Shown here piece by piece: positions 1 to 14,612 of a stretch of 64,000 bases of DNA. The stretch comes from Lingula anatina (Eukaryota; Animalia; Brachiopoda): positions 8,924,587 through 8,988,586 of the forward strand of contig CM120648.1 of NCBI GenBank assembly GCA_051362555.1, written 5' to 3'. The stretch's first letter is position 1; every line of letters begins with the position of its first letter. Position numbers and translations under genes: made by a program. Below the pieces are notes generated by a model. The model saw nothing but the letters and a program-made list of their open reading frames with translations, ran no database searches and was not told the origin of the DNA.

Positions 1-1884
1 AAAATTTCTTCAATTTAAAAGATTGTAACTTATAACTCTACACTGAAAAAAATTATATAACTAAAATTTCCTTAAACAATCCCACTGATATGGTACAAGT
101 TTTGTATTGCAATTCAGCTTTGTCACACCAGAAAGGAATTTTCTTTAAGTAAACCAAACAACTACAAAACAAACATGAAAAAAAAATGATATTGGAACAG
201 GAGAGAACGTGATATTTAAAGATTGATAGATTTCTGGCTGAAAAAGGACCACTCGGAATCAAAAATTGATCTAGGTTTTGCACCATGATTCCAATTGGAT
301 CAAATAGGAGGTAAAAAATGCTCACTTTTTCAGAAAAAGTCCCTCCCCCTAATGAGAGAGAGAGAGAGTGAATGGTCAGATTATGGAGGGGTTTAGAAAT
401 AAAAAAAAAATGAACTATTCACAAGAAAGTGGATCAGAGAAGAAGAAGATGAATTCCAAGGGGTAATTCTTAAAGCACATATCACCCTCATATCACATTC
501 CAATCATAATGATGAATAGGATCATTCCTCTTGTGATCCGAGATAGAGTAAGGAGGATATTGCCTTCAGAGATGACATTTAAACACAAATTGACCCGTGA
601 GAAAAGCGTGATAAGAATCTGTCACTGTCTGCAGGGTATATGACTTTCAAGTGTGAACTGGGTGCTAATATCAATTTTCTTCAACATGTGCCTGGAACAA
701 AACAGAAGATGAATGAGTTTTTTTTTTTTTTTTTTTTTTTTTTTAATGCTACCTTGTTGGAGGTGATAGGTTGTCCAAGAATTATGCCAAAAACCAGTCC
801 ATACAAGTACTAAAGACAAATGGGTCTATCAAATAATAATTTTTAGACAAAGTTTTGAACCATAAAAGTGGCAAATTTTACTTTGAAAAACTAATTAATG
901 TATACTTTTCTGAGTAAAATTAGTAAGAATTAGAACATCTTTAGCAACTGTGCTAAAATTATCTACGAGAGACCAAACAGAAACACACAAGCAATGGTTA
1001 GTGGTAAGTACTAACATTTACAGTCTGCTACGACACCGATCATTACACATTTAACTTTTATGTATTTTAACTGTAGCCCCCTTTCTGGCACACCACTATC
1101 CTAGTCAATTTAACCTATTTTTACACTTTGGTTCAAAATTAAAAAAAAAAAAAAAAAAAAAAAAACATGACATTTTTTCAGCACACAATTTCTGACCTTA
1201 ACCTTCCTAATAAGCCTAAAAAAATGAAAAAATAAAAAAAAAGAAAAAACTAAAAGAAAAATATATATAGTTTATCTATGGAGTTTAATGTTGGACTAGC
1301 ACACAATTTCTGAACTTCACCTTTGAATTCCCAAGCTTATAAAATATAAAAGCCAGGAATAAAAAACCTAAAGAGACAAAATGCATTTTTTTCCTACAGA
1401 GTAAATGTTGAATCACTTATTTTCCATATCAAGTAAGCAAAAAAAAAAAAAAAAAAAAAAAGAAAAGAAAATTACAATAATGTTCACTATAAACATAATA
1501 CATCATTTCTATCCATTACTTCGGTCTCCAGGGCATTTTTACTACATACAACACGGCACAATTATCTTTCCCTTAATTTCTTTACACAAATTACAATCCC
1601 CTGATGAATCAACTACCATGTTTCGGCATGCAAGTGTGACAAGCAACGAAACAAATAATTACACGCCCTATTGACTGGTAGGACACAAAATGACTTAGCG
1701 TGCAAGTCTTTTGTGGTTCAAGGAGGTATTTTGGAAATAAAATAAAAATGCAGTGCATATTGTGTCCTATGTAAAATATTAGAAATAATATTTCAAAAGC
1801 ATATATTTTGTACAGGTCGCACTTATGAGGATGGTTATAACTTATATCATATGGGTAGTTAACATCTGACACTCCATAATAATA

Positions 1885-2050
1885 CAGGGGCGGATTGAAG
1901 CCGTCTTCTGGGTCTTCTGGAAGACGGTCATATTTTCAAGTTTAAATTGACGGGTATCTAATTTTTTCTGTCGGAAGACGGTCAAAAATGGATGGATCAA
2001 CAAAGATTATTTGGAAGACTGTCAGAAAATATCTCTGAATTCCGCCCCTG
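1885..2050. mobile_element. hAT-like MITE
   Basis: TIR CAGGGGCGGA...TCCGCCCCTG, with ATAATA(CA) on both flanks. Confidence 0.65.
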
Positions 2051-3246
2051 ATAATACACAGTACTGATAACAGACTAAAGCCCCCTTCAATTTGGTTTTA
2101 CAATTACATGACACAGATACTAAATTACCCCCCCCCCCCCCAACTCCAATCCTCAAATTCACATAATCCATTTTCCAATCTCTGAATTTACATGAATGCT
2201 GGATATGTGCCACAAAGTATCTGCACGCCAAAATTCGGACTCTAAAATATTTAATGACTGACATGGATCTGAATGAATTGATTCACAAGATCTGAGAGTA
2301 AAGCAGTGGCGAATGCGTTAGTTGTGCTTCCACCACATCTCAACCAAGCAATGACTGACTGTGCTTTTGTCTTTGCCAACACAACCTGCCATTATGAAGA
2401 ATTGCAATGAAATCAAACTAAATGAACCGGCAACAATTATTGTTTTTCCTTGTTGTAAGCATGTTCATATGGATCCCATCTAAATAAATAAAGATTTAAC
2501 TAGAGATTTGGGGGAAAAAACTGTAGGCTTTCCTGCCCGGCAAAAAGACATGCCTATGCATGGCACCAGCGGACGTATCAAGTAGGCACACAAAGTGTTT
2601 CCTTTGTTTCTGCAGGATAAAACATCTTTAAATTTGGAAGAAACATTCATTAATTAATCCAAACAATGCAGATGGCAAGAAAAATGTGGTCCTTACAGAA
2701 AAATGAGCACAGGAGAACTTTCTTATCAAGAGGAAAGACATGTGTTCAGCAACTGATAGTAAAAAGTTATAGGAAGGGCATGCCATTAGTCAGATATGCT
2801 GAAAAGAGAGAATGAAAGGGGTTTCACTTTACCATTTTAACTCTGGAGCATACTGATCTAAACAATAATGTAAGGTCCCATAAAATGAAAGCATGTGAAC
2901 TGCATCTGGCACATTTTTTAACCAAAAATTGTTTCAACTCATGATACACTAGGGCGGGGCGGGGGCAGGGGGGGGGAGGATGAAGGTCTGTCTCATAAAG
3001 CTCACACTAAAACACATTATAACAAACATAGGCCTTACAGATTGCAGCCATACATGTAAAACCCATTACCTCTCTTTCAACACCAGATGTCAACCATCAA
3101 ATTTTGATACCATCGATGCTTTAACTTTATTCAACAACTTCAACAACATCTAAGACTTGGCTAACCTGCATACTCTACATCTCATGAGGTACAGAGTCTG
3201 TACAACATTTGGCAATTAGCTGACATAGCTTGAATAATGAACGACT

Positions 3247-3303
<57 letters not shown>

Positions 3304-4298
3304 AAATGGCTGAAAAAGTTGCTGTTTAGTAAACATATCTTACAAAAAAGAGTGTAGCCAAGTATGGGGTATTGACAGTACCTAGAGGACTAACATAATA
3401 CATACACTGATTTGCAATAGTTTCGCCAAAATTAAGATTTGGCTCAAACTTCAACCTGATCTACAGTACGTGTGAACTCAGAAGCTCCAATTTTAACTTA
3501 AACTAGATTATAAAAAGGAACCAGAATGAAAATGAGACAAAAATTGAATTCCATATATTTCAGCTAAAATAATTTAATTTACCAGTGCTTGGAGCATCAT
3601 GTCCCTTCATCAAAAATGATGCTTTTGTGAATCCAGGACAACTGACATATTTGAACTTCGCTTATAAGTCCTAACCAGACAAATTGTGCTACTTCCCAGA
3701 GTGCTGAGAAACATGAATTCCTGATTACCCAGTATCAATAATTCAATAATTTCATTTCAGCAGTGTTCAGATGTTCTATTCTCCTAAACACCAATAAATG
3801 AGAAAATATGAACCACAAATTATGGTAAATGAAATCACACCGTACACAGCTGGGCTCAGTTTGGCAATACTGATACAGTTTAAACATCTTACGTACTGCC
3901 TGTTTTCAATGCCTACCTCAAACCAACTTGCTTTTTTTCAAGATCAGACAGGGTGGGTTTAATGTCAACAGGTTGGGTTTAAAGTCAGACAGGATTCAAA
4001 AGAAATTGTACTTGTTTGAATGAATGTTACAGAAGAATTAACTGACAAAGTTAAGAGAAAATAAATGGTTAAAATATACCATAATCCAAACAATGCAAAA
4101 ATTATAGACAACATAAACCTAGTACATATCTATGGAATCATATATATCTTATCTAATATATCTGGCATGATTCTTTAAAGGCTTAACATCTAATTTGGGA
4201 TTCATAATAGATCTAAAATGGTGGATTTCAACTCTTCCAAAATCAAATGCCATAGCTACTGGTCATCTTGGTGATACTTAAGTGCAAATTAAACACCC

Positions 4299-4460
4299 CA
4301 GACCCATAGCCAGCAATTTCAAAAGGAGGGCTCTTTTTCTGAAAGAATGAAAGCTTTGTTTACTTGGATCAAATTTTACCCAGAATAGACCTATTCCTCA
4401 CTAAAAGGGCGGTTCTTTCAAACCCCGACCCCCCCCCCCACCCCCCCCGTTACGGGTCTG
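4299..4460. mobile_element. hAT-like MITE, CAGRCCYGTARCC family (relatives at 12484-12649, 28188-28345, partial at ~55700)
   Basis: CAGACCCATAGC...GTTACGGGTCTG inverted termini. The GCAATTTCAA start and poly-G/C tracts are shared with the 28188 and 55700 copies. TSDs are not clean. Confidence 0.5.
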
Positions 4461-5186
4461 CACCCTGTCATCAAAGGTTCCATGCACTAAACATGTCTAA
4501 TTTGGTGCACAACTGTGTGAAAAAAGATTTCTCAAGAAACATGTGACTCTCAGGGTAATTAAATGAACTGATCAACTTTATTGAAGCAGTCAACCTAGGA
4601 GATCTACAGACACATAAGTTCTCAAAACTTAATTTAGAAAATTCAATTACAGTACTGATTGTGGGTGATCAGAGACAATCTGTACGTGTGTGGTGGGTGT
4701 TTCAATTCTTAGCAAATATAATTTTTGTCTGTCTTTATTGAATGAGAGATACACTTATTTCATTACACTTAAAAATATGGTATTACCAAAGCCAAATTCT
4801 TCTGTCTGCTGAATTATTCCAATCAACCTAATACAAACATTAGGTTTTTGATTAGATCTGACAGAATCTTTCATTTTTCTCAATTAAGAAAATGGTTCAT
4901 CTCAGATATCATAGAATTCAGTAAGGGAGTTGCGGTGGGGCTTCTCCCCCCCCCCCCTCCCCCCCCCCGTATCAAACCCTGACAAAACATTCCTGAGGTG
5001 AGGGGTGATCATAAGATAACAGGGGCTATGTGATGTTTGCACTTCCGATAAACTAACATCATTTGCTTGTACTGAAAGTGATTACTGCATGCTGCCACCT
5101 TTGGTGTTCAATTTATGAAATAATTTATACTGATAAGGCCTAATTAATTTTCTATTGATTATGCAAAAAGGGAGAATCAATTACCA

Positions 5187-5220
5187 GAATGAATGAATGA
5201 ATGAATGAATAAATGTATGA

Positions 5221-5272
<52 letters not shown>

Positions 5273-5281
5273 AAAAGAAAG
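5187..5281. repeat. (GAAT)n/(GAAA)n microsatellite
   Basis: Direct reading. Confidence 0.95.
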
Positions 5282-6015
5282 AGAAGGTATAAAATCTAAT
5301 ACTGGGTGTGGGTATTTAATATTCTGAATATTAGCTGTTATTATGCATTAAATTAATGTTAAGGGAGCACCAGTAAAAAGTGAAATCTGATTTGAAATTT
5401 AAGGGAATGAATTCTGGAATAACTGCTGCATTGCATTTATCACATCTGAAATGTTTTACACCTGTACTTATGTGCACTACTGCTCTTTCAAACAATGGTG
5501 ATTTTTAATGTATTAAAAGTATACTCATTCTTCATACAACAGTTTTGATCTCAGAAATAAATATATGTAAGATTTTCTGTTAAAATATCCGAAACAAGTT
5601 GATAAACATGCTCCCAAAATTCTATTTAAAAAATAGTGCAGTCAGCTCCTTCCATGTCTTTTTTCAGCTTGTTTTTGCTGTAAAAATGTTTACAATTAAC
5701 ATCTGTTATGATCATTTAGGGGTCAAACCTTCAAGTGTTATATTTTCACCAGCTGTCAACGTAACTGTGATAGGGGAAGCCTTAAAACAGGTGTCATTAT
5801 GAAAAAAATAAATGTCATTCATCTCTGTAATATTTGAAGTGTGTTACTTGGTAAACAAATGTTATGTTTTTTTACAGTCTCTTTTTTTTTTTTTTTTGTC
5901 CATTAAGTATTTATTTATTCTACTTGGTGCCAATATCCCTCAGATCATCTACCACTGGGCTGGCATCATTTGAGTTAAGTGAAGCTGAAATATTTCACAG
6001 CAGTCTGTATGTAGT

Positions 6016-6021
<6 letters not shown>

Positions 6022-6066
<45 letters not shown>
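6022..6066. repeat. (CT)n microsatellite
   Basis: Direct reading. Confidence 0.95.
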
Positions 6067-6069
<3 letters not shown>

Positions 6070-6379
6070 ATAGCTAGATTAATGAGATGTGTTCAATGGT
6101 TTCTGTGCAAAATAATTCATTAAGCACAGTTTATATTTGGCACAGTACTTAGCACATCAAAGGCTTCAACCTACTCAAGTACAGCTTTAACATTTCCAGG
6201 CAGGTAAGTTGCTCTCAGGTTACTTGGGGAGTATCCCAAAAGTTTTCCAAGTAAAAAAAAAAAGAGAACCACTTTAATCACTGGCTCCAGTGGCTCCTTG
6301 CAATGTTATAGACACATACAGGGTACAAATAATTGCATATTTATCATTTGATGTGCAAATGGGAGATATATCATATTAT

Positions 6380-6382
<3 letters not shown>

Positions 6383-6423
<41 letters not shown>
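6383..6423. repeat. (GT)n microsatellite
   Basis: Direct reading. Confidence 0.95.
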
Positions 6424-6424
<1 letters not shown>

Positions 6425-7489
6425 ATGTTCGCGTACATGCTTGACTACATTTTTTTGCCTGTGTACAACTTTGCAACTATGTTCATGCACACTTGGAAAT
6501 TCTAGCTTTTTTCAAAACACTCCACGCTTCTCCACATACCCACAATACCACAACTGCTGAAAAAAAGACAAAGGTTCACCACAAAACAAAACATACTCTA
6601 ATCACCAATTACAGCCTGTCTGTGCATTTGATATAGAAGGCCTGTCAACTTTGATTTCTTTTTCCACTTTACCAGCTGATTTGTTAGCAATGAAGCAATC
6701 AGTCTGCCCCCACACAATGAAAACACAGAAGGTTATTGCCCTTTCTTGCAATTTTATTCTCAGAATTCCAAGACTGCAGTGTACATGGGCCGGTAAAATG
6801 TTTTAAACTGGCATGTTTTAACGTCAGTTTTGTACGTACAATGTTCAACAAGAAACATAAAGATGCATGGCTTTGTCTGTAATCCAATCTGCTTACTCAA
6901 TTTAATTCATGATTTAATATCAACTAAAAATCACTTTATTCCCATTTGTACAATTTCAGAAAAGCTATTTCTGCATTTTCACTGGAAAAAGTGCCTCAGC
7001 AACTGAGCAATTTTAATTAAAAGATATAAATAAATACAATGGGTTGCCTTTCCCATATCCAAGCTTAGCTATTGTTAAATCTTAATTAAATGTACATTTA
7101 AAAGAAAGATTGCCACCCACATGGATTCTGAAACAAATTTCTCCAAATTAAGTTAAGTATTACTAAATCATATTTCAGAACATTTCTATTTCATCCAATA
7201 AAACCGAACAAACATTCAGTTTGTGCTGAGTACATAATGTGAATGAAGTCTTTGTTATATTTCATCTTCACTTCATAAAATTGTCATGGGAAATTGTCCT
7301 GACAGAGATATCGACAACAAATTTCATCAAGAAAACATATTATATATTGGTAACATTTTCATTAGTTCAAATACTATTACTATTACTATTGTTTTCAGCC
7401 AGTCTGGTTAGAATTATTCAATTGAAACTAATAGGAAAAAACCCTAGAGCATGTTTTTAAAATACATTTGAATTTTTCCATAAATAATA

Positions 7490-7721
7490 GGCTTCGTTCA
7501 CATGCAATGTCTATTTTCTAAATTCTATTTTCTATTCGCGCTATCTGATGATCATGGTCTGTGCACTGAATATCCCGCCGCGTAATTACTGGCAGCGCGA
7601 GCCAGTTACTATAAGTTACTATATTACGCGGCGGGATATTCAGTGCACAGACCGTGATCATAAGACATGCCGCAAATAGAAAATAGAATTTAGAAAATAG
7701 ACATTGCATGTGAACGAAGCC
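7490..7721. mobile_element. Palindromic PIF/Harbinger-type MITE, family B
   Basis: Near-perfect long hairpin GGCTTCGTTCACATGCAATGTCTATTTTCTAAA...TTTAGAAAATAGACATTGCATGTGAACGAAGCC with ATA/TTA flanks. Homologous to 52084-52319. Confidence 0.8.
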
Positions 7722-8132
7722 TTAAATACAAACTAATTACTCACTTAAAATGTGCTATACAACATACTGGTAAGTACATGTACTGTAGCTATTAAAAAAT
7801 GGGAAGGGAATAGGGAGAAGGAAAAAGAATTCAAACAGAGAAGAAACTTGCCAATGGGTCTTTTTTCTGTTGGCATGAAGATTACGTCATTAAAAATATT
7901 GTCACAACTGCAAAGGCACTTTTCACCTGCTGGCTGCTACAGCTGAAGCTTAATCTTTTTTTTTTTTAATTTTTACAAAATATTTCATCTCAGAGAGGAC
8001 ATTACATCTACTGTCAGATCATACATGTATTTCTTCACGGCTTCAGATTATGTCTGCAAAATGCTTTCCACAAGTTCAGAAAAATACCAATCAGACCATA
8101 AGTATGCATTACAGAAGTACATCATACTCTTA

Positions 8133-8358
8133 CACCCCATTTCCATAGATTTTTAGATCGATCTATCCCTGTGGGGTGTCTCACTAGATTACTGTCAGCC
8201 TGGCCGGCTTAAGCGTCTGTCCCGCCTACTAAAAGCTGTAAGGGGGTAATTAACTATGGTGCCCGCTTGGCTGACTGCAATTTAGCGTGAACCCCCAGGG
8301 AGTTAGGTCGATCTAAATCTTAATCTTTAGATCGATCTAAATCTCTGGGAAAGCACCC
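8133..8358 (+). mobile_element. PIF/Harbinger-type MITE family A (TAGATCGATCTA family), subtype 1
   Basis: CACCCCATTTCCATAGA...TCTCTGGGAAAGCACCC with three TAGRTCGATCTA palindromes. One of 9 related copies in the window. Confidence 0.85.
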
Positions 8359-11300
8359 TTGTACAGTGTAAATGTTCATATACCAGTAACTTCCAAATGT
8401 CCTCAGCAGGTGGCTCCCTCTATAAACTAAGGTAATTGCAATCACCACTATTAAGTCAGACCATTTGTATCTGAGATCAAATACACAGGAATCTAAATAT
8501 TTAAGTCTGATTCTGGCATTCCACAGTAATTACACACTGCAGTCTTACCATAGGGCTGTCACCTAATATGTTTTCTTAGGGTTATGTAGACCCAGCAAAA
8601 AATACATGTCGTTATTAGTGTAAACTACATGAAGGCCTACTGCCCATGGGTGTTTACACCGGGAATCTTATTTTTAAACAAAACTCTGGGCGGGTTAATG
8701 TGTACTTTTATTACAGTAGCGGGGAGAATCTGTGTTCACCATGACCTTTTTTCTTTACTTTTTTTCCCTTTTATTTACTGGTAGTGAAATATTTCTTTTA
8801 CATAAAACAAGAGTGATTTGATTTTGATAAAACATGCATTTTTCCTGGGCCACGGTATTACCGAGTACAGTGAGTGACTAGTAATAGCCTGTCTATGCAT
8901 GGTAATGAATTGCTGTAAGACAGTAATCGATGCTTTTTTTTCTGTTTTTTATCTCAAGAGAACAATCACTGCATTACAACCAAAGTCTAAATGTGAATGG
9001 TTCACTTGTTCTTTTTATTCTTTTCATCAACCGATCCACTTGGGAGCAGAAGAGGACGAAAAATGACACCACAAAAATTCAGGCAATCATCAAGGGCAAT
9101 GTTTTTATATAAGAAAAATTCAACCAATAAATAAACTTGCTATCTGCAAGCCAAAACTGTGAAAAAATCATCAAATTAAACACCATATTTTCACAACAGA
9201 AAGTTACTTTATTAATAATATTTTTCTATAATCCCTGTATTTTCCAAATGGAACACAAAAAGTCCTTTTGAGAAGATAAGCCCAAGTTGTATGAGCAAAC
9301 ACAAAATTGGAGACCATACTTGCTCAACAATAACAGGAAACAATCACAAAACTAAGAAACATTTTCACAACAGAAACCTAACATATTTTCACAACAGAAA
9401 CCTCTACTGATTTAAAAGATTAAAAACTATTAGCTCAGAGTTCCCTAACTACTACTAGTCCATACACTACGCAACAGTGTACACCTTATATGCTCCTAAG
9501 CGTATTTATATTGTAAACAGCAACTACTGTTTGCAGCATTACAGCAACAGTAGCCTTCTCACACACCTTTACCCCCTGAACAATACCAACATCAACACAC
9601 CTATTAACTCTACGTTTAACTGAACAGCTTGCCCACAAACATCATAATTGGCCAGTTCAACCGTCCAAGTGTGCACAACATAGGGCTTAATAATGCATAA
9701 TGCAAAATAATGCGATTATGCTTCAGATTAGTGCCCTTGTAAATGGCCGCCCTGTGCCAACAATGGCCCCGCGCATTGTCATCGCTAACACAGGGGGATG
9801 GAAAGAAAACATTGAGGGGTGAAAGTCTGGTGTTTTGACTAGGATTGAGTGGATAAAAGGCACCGCCCCCCTACGGCAGCACAATAATGCTGGGTCGAAC
9901 GGTGCATGTTGAACTAAGGGAACTCAATGAGCGTTGCTTGCATAGCTTTGGCTCTCAAACACCGAACTTCGATCTTTTCTTTTGGCACATGTCCCATGGC
10001 AGTCAAAATGTTCAACAACTTAATTAATAAATGCTAAACATATATTATTGACAAAGTTTATGTGCAAAAAAAAAAAAAAGAAAGAAAAAAAACTTGCTTG
10101 TCACAATTTTTTGGTCAAACATGCACAATACGGGGTATTTTAAGAACGTGCGGGCATGCTGACAGCGACCCTTTCAGCTCAAACAGAACAGAAGCCACAT
10201 GAGTCAAACAATGAGAATATACGCAGCCTATTCATTTCAACAAATTTCACAGGACTGAATGTGATTTTAGACCCAAACATCAGGAACAGTGCTGCTGTCT
10301 CAATCAACACAGCAATTTCCTTTTCCAGATGGAGCAACAGTGAGCTGTTAACAACAATAAAACCATGTTGGCACTCTCATCTGGAATTGCTCAATATTTC
10401 ACCAATCAGTACCACAATATATACAGCTGTATTCTGATCAATTGACATAATGTGACTACATAATGACATGATGATAATTAAAATAAACAATGATACAGAC
10501 AATTGCAATGTGACATGGATGCAGAAACACTTCTGCACATTATCTGCACATTCTTTTATCAAATTTTGAATTTTCTTATTATTGTAATAAATGCAGTCCC
10601 TGATGAGCTTCTTATAATATATTTACAGCCATGCCAAATATTGACTTAATTGTTGTTTAATATATCAGCAGCTTGGATAATCAGATGATTAAATGTGCAC
10701 AACAGAAGTAGGAAATAATTTTTAGACAAAGAAAGACATTTTCACAAAAAAAAAAATTGCAACATATGGGGATTCAGCCAACTTCTTTTCTTAGAATGAT
10801 ACAAAATGAAGGAACAAAATAAGATTACGTGTAAAAAATAACAAAGATTAGGACAAAAAAAAAAACGGGGAAAAAATCTTTTAAACATTCCTCCTCTGAC
10901 TAGTACCTCTTTCTACTTAACATAAAACAACTTCATTTCCCCTCGTAAGATCAGGTTATCAGTCATTCAATCTTTCTCTATTGAACCACAGGCCCCTCTC
11001 AATTTCACAAATTCTAAAGCACAGAACCTTGTGCTCAACGTCTCTGTTCACATTAGTTTCATTTGGACGGTTATGAATCGGTTTTAGTTATGCCAACTAA
11101 ATAGTACCATAAGCTTCTTATTGTAAATCATCAACTTCGCTGGGTTATGCACTCAAAGGATCAAGTTGTGTGGATTTCTGCTATGTTAACAAACTTTTTA
11201 AAACCACATTGGATGTCAAAAATGAAAGATGCAGATATGGTACAGCATCTAGCACACACAAACATTGCCTTCAGTATGAGTATGAGTTGCACCATGCCTG

Positions 11301-13671
11301 GGCCTATTTTTATGCTATTGTATATGTCATATGTACATCTTGTAAGCAAAGCATACATGATTTTCACTTGTGATTTGCACCATGCACATCACATGCACTT
11401 GGCTGCCTCAGTGAATATCTATTTCATAAACCAGCATGTTCCATCAGAATCACATTATAAAGGATGCACCACCACCACCCCCATTCAAACACAGGATCAT
11501 TAATTTTTCTAGGCATTTTCTTGATTATAAATAGGTAGCCAGTCATACAGCATGCGACTTGCCTTAACTGAAATAGTGGAGGGTGGGTCCACAAAGGGAT
11601 TAGAGTAACTGCATGAGGTGAGCTGATCGCAACCAGAACTGAGGTGGAGATGGATTGTACAATGATAGGTCTAAACAACCTGACTGGGAACACGGCTTTG
11701 AGGTTCAGAGTTTGAACATCAAACATACTTATTTATCATCTTGATTTTAGTAATTGCAAGCGAGCAAGAGAGCTCATAAAGAAGGTTCATATCCAGAAAG
11801 GTCACCCAAATTTGATTATAAATCAACCTCAAGCATCTCAACCATCTCAACCAACCATTTCAACCATCTTAACCATGGATTTAAACCATGTGCAGGCCAA
11901 CTCAGAAGCAGACTAACAAACCAGTGGAGTGAACTGAGCCCACATGTTCCACAATTTGAACATCAAAATGCCTTTATTAAGTCTCCAATTCCCACCCTAT
12001 TTATCTCCATTTTGTTAAGTATCTCTGGTCAATACATCAACTTCGGGGTAGATTTCCCTCATAAACTGCTTGATTGTGCCAGGAAAATAAGCTTCCGATT
12101 GAGAAAATAGAATAAAAGAGACATAAAATGATGCTGATGTCGCGATCGCAGGGGTCGATAGGTTGGATTCACAGGTAAATAAAGGTTTCACCTCAGTCTT
12201 GGGACTGCTGAGAGAAAAATGCCTAAAATCACAGACGCGTTTGTGAAGAATCAAGTGGAAAAGAGGGAAAAAAAACACAACAAAAATACAACTTTTTTTG
12301 ACAAAAGTTTCAGGAAGAATACATGCTCACCTGTGTATATAAAGGAAGTTTTCATTATCTTGCTCAAAAAAAGCCACAAAAACATGATACTGTTGAAATA
12401 TTTCTGATAAACTTAAGAACCTTTTAAGATACTTTTTTTGGGAGGGGGGGGGGCTAAAAAAAGGGCTAAAAAAAGATAAAGAGCAGGCTAGTAGCCAGGT
12501 GGGATTTGGGGATTCTAAAGAACTGCCCTTTTTGCAGAGAAAAGGTCCATTGTGGGTAAAATTTGATCTAGTTACATGGAAGGTTTGATAGTAAAAGGTC
12601 CACTTTTTCAGAAAAAAAAAACCTTTTAAAATTGCGGGCTCTGGGCCTGCTGAGTTATCTATGTTTTACAGTTACCGACAAAATATTCATGCAACCATGA
12701 TGGATTTTTTTTTTTTTTTTTTTTTTTGGTACGTAAATTGTTTATCCACATCAATCTATAATTATGAGAGACTTATGAGACTTAAAACTTAGAAACTGGC
12801 ATTCATTTCAGGGATATGACATTGGATTCATGCCAAACTGGTTAAAATGGGGGGCAGGAACAAAAAAGCTTATACAAAAGGAGAATATTTTTTCAGTTTA
12901 CATATACTCACTCTGCTGTAAAAATAAATACTGGTGGAGTTTGGAATTCATATCAGCAGTAACTAATCCTTAGTGTCAGATACCCTATGGAGATTGATTA
13001 TTGAAAGAATGTGGGAGAAAATGGGAATAAAAATGCATCTGTTTGGTAAAAGGAAAAGATAAATTGCTCTACATGCTGAGAAAGATATATAAACGCTCAG
13101 GTGAACTTGCACATATAAACATAACAACGCCTTGTTTTTTCCGGATGTGCAATAAATTATGACTGTTGAAATAGACGGTGACACCGAATTATGTATATGT
13201 CTGTACTGTAAAATGAACAGATAACATCTCCGCTTACTGATAGATAAAATAAACACAAAGGGACTTCTGAACAGAAAAGCATTTCTGAACATAACACCTT
13301 GCAGGTGTGCTTTCATTTTTGATTGCTGAAAAAAGATGAAAATGGGAAAACAAAAATGATATTTGGTGCATGAAAAATGCTGTATAAACAAAACATATGA
13401 GCAGATATATAAATGTTTATGGGAGGGTCCACAGGAGAGCTTGCCATCTTCCCTGGTGTCACCTGTTTATGGCCTTTGGTTTAAGGACTTAATAGCTAGG
13501 CTGATATGAATAAAGCCCTGTTTATTTGAAGAAATTTTGATGTTAATGCAGAAGTTTAAACAAACTGCTCAGGTAACAGAAGACATATTGATATGTTCAT
13601 GTCCCTCATAGAAGACTGGTACAAGCAAGTATGCGAGCCCTCACCCACTTGTACAGTCCTTTCTGTCTCCA

Positions 13672-13716
13672 TCTCTCCCTCTCTCTCTCTTTCTGTCTCT
13701 GTATCTTTTTCTCTCC

Positions 13717-13781
<65 letters not shown>

Positions 13782-13876
13782 CGTACACAAACACACACAC
13801 ACTCATACATGCACACACACACATTCACACACCGATGTACATTCTCATACATACACACACATTAACATGTATGTGT

Positions 13877-13936
<60 letters not shown>
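13672..13936. repeat. Compound (CT)n/(CA)n microsatellite
   Basis: Direct reading; explains the low-complexity ORFs here. Confidence 0.95.
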
Positions 13937-13937
<1 letters not shown>

Positions 13938-14402
13938 AATCTGACAATCACCAGCTATGTTTAGATTCACCCAATTTCAAGAAGGAACAGTATTAAAAGA
14001 AGTCTCTTTTCGAGCATAAATCACTCATAAATGTGTATGTTGTAGCCTATTCTAATCTGATGTTGATCTTACATTAACTTCCTCTTCATAATGTGACTAG
14101 CCTGATAAAAAGAGCACACATGTCATTGAAATGGAAGCATGTCTAAACATTTAGCCTATTTCTCATCTTACAGGTGGATTGGGGCTGCACACAATGACAG
14201 ACACAGCAAATAGCTGAAAAGTTCTTTAATTACATTTTAATGGCATTTTAACGACTTAAGAAGAAGGGCTGATGAAAATGTATGTTTTGTGAAGTGATAT
14301 ATGTGAATAAATAACACTGGTGTTACAGACAGAAGCTACCTGACAGCCTGTCATGTGCCAACCATCCTAAAACTTTAACTACAGAGAAGCCAAACCATCT
14401 TC

Positions 14403-14473
14403 AGAGAGAGAGAGGGGGGGGGGGGGGAGAGAGAGGGAGAGAAAGCAAAGGGTTAAATTTCTCAATCCCAAAC

Positions 14474-14532
<59 letters not shown>

Positions 14533-14612
14533 AAAGGGTTATATTTCTCAATCCCAAACATTCAGAGAGAGAGAGAGAGAGAGAGAAATACAGCAAGCAA
14601 AGGGTTAAAATT
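14403..14612. repeat. Minisatellite: (GA)n + AGCAAAGGGTTA..TTTCTCAATCCCAAACA.TCA, about 3 units
   Basis: AGCAAAGGGTTA recurs at ~14443, ~14530 and ~14596, separated by GA runs. Confidence 0.85.

Noticed and set aside
3248-3297. Long poly-T tract (others at ~718, 1141, 12705, 21943) as retrocopy tails
   Set aside because: No adjacent recognisable SINE/LINE body or TSD; treated as simple homopolymers.
9860-9880. CTCF-like motif
   Set aside because: The G-run is one base too long for the core consensus, so the match is poor.
13556-13996. ORFs with ER/SL/HT/CV runs here and at ~6300, 19100, 25070, 26800 and 34620
   Set aside because: They are translations of dinucleotide microsatellites.
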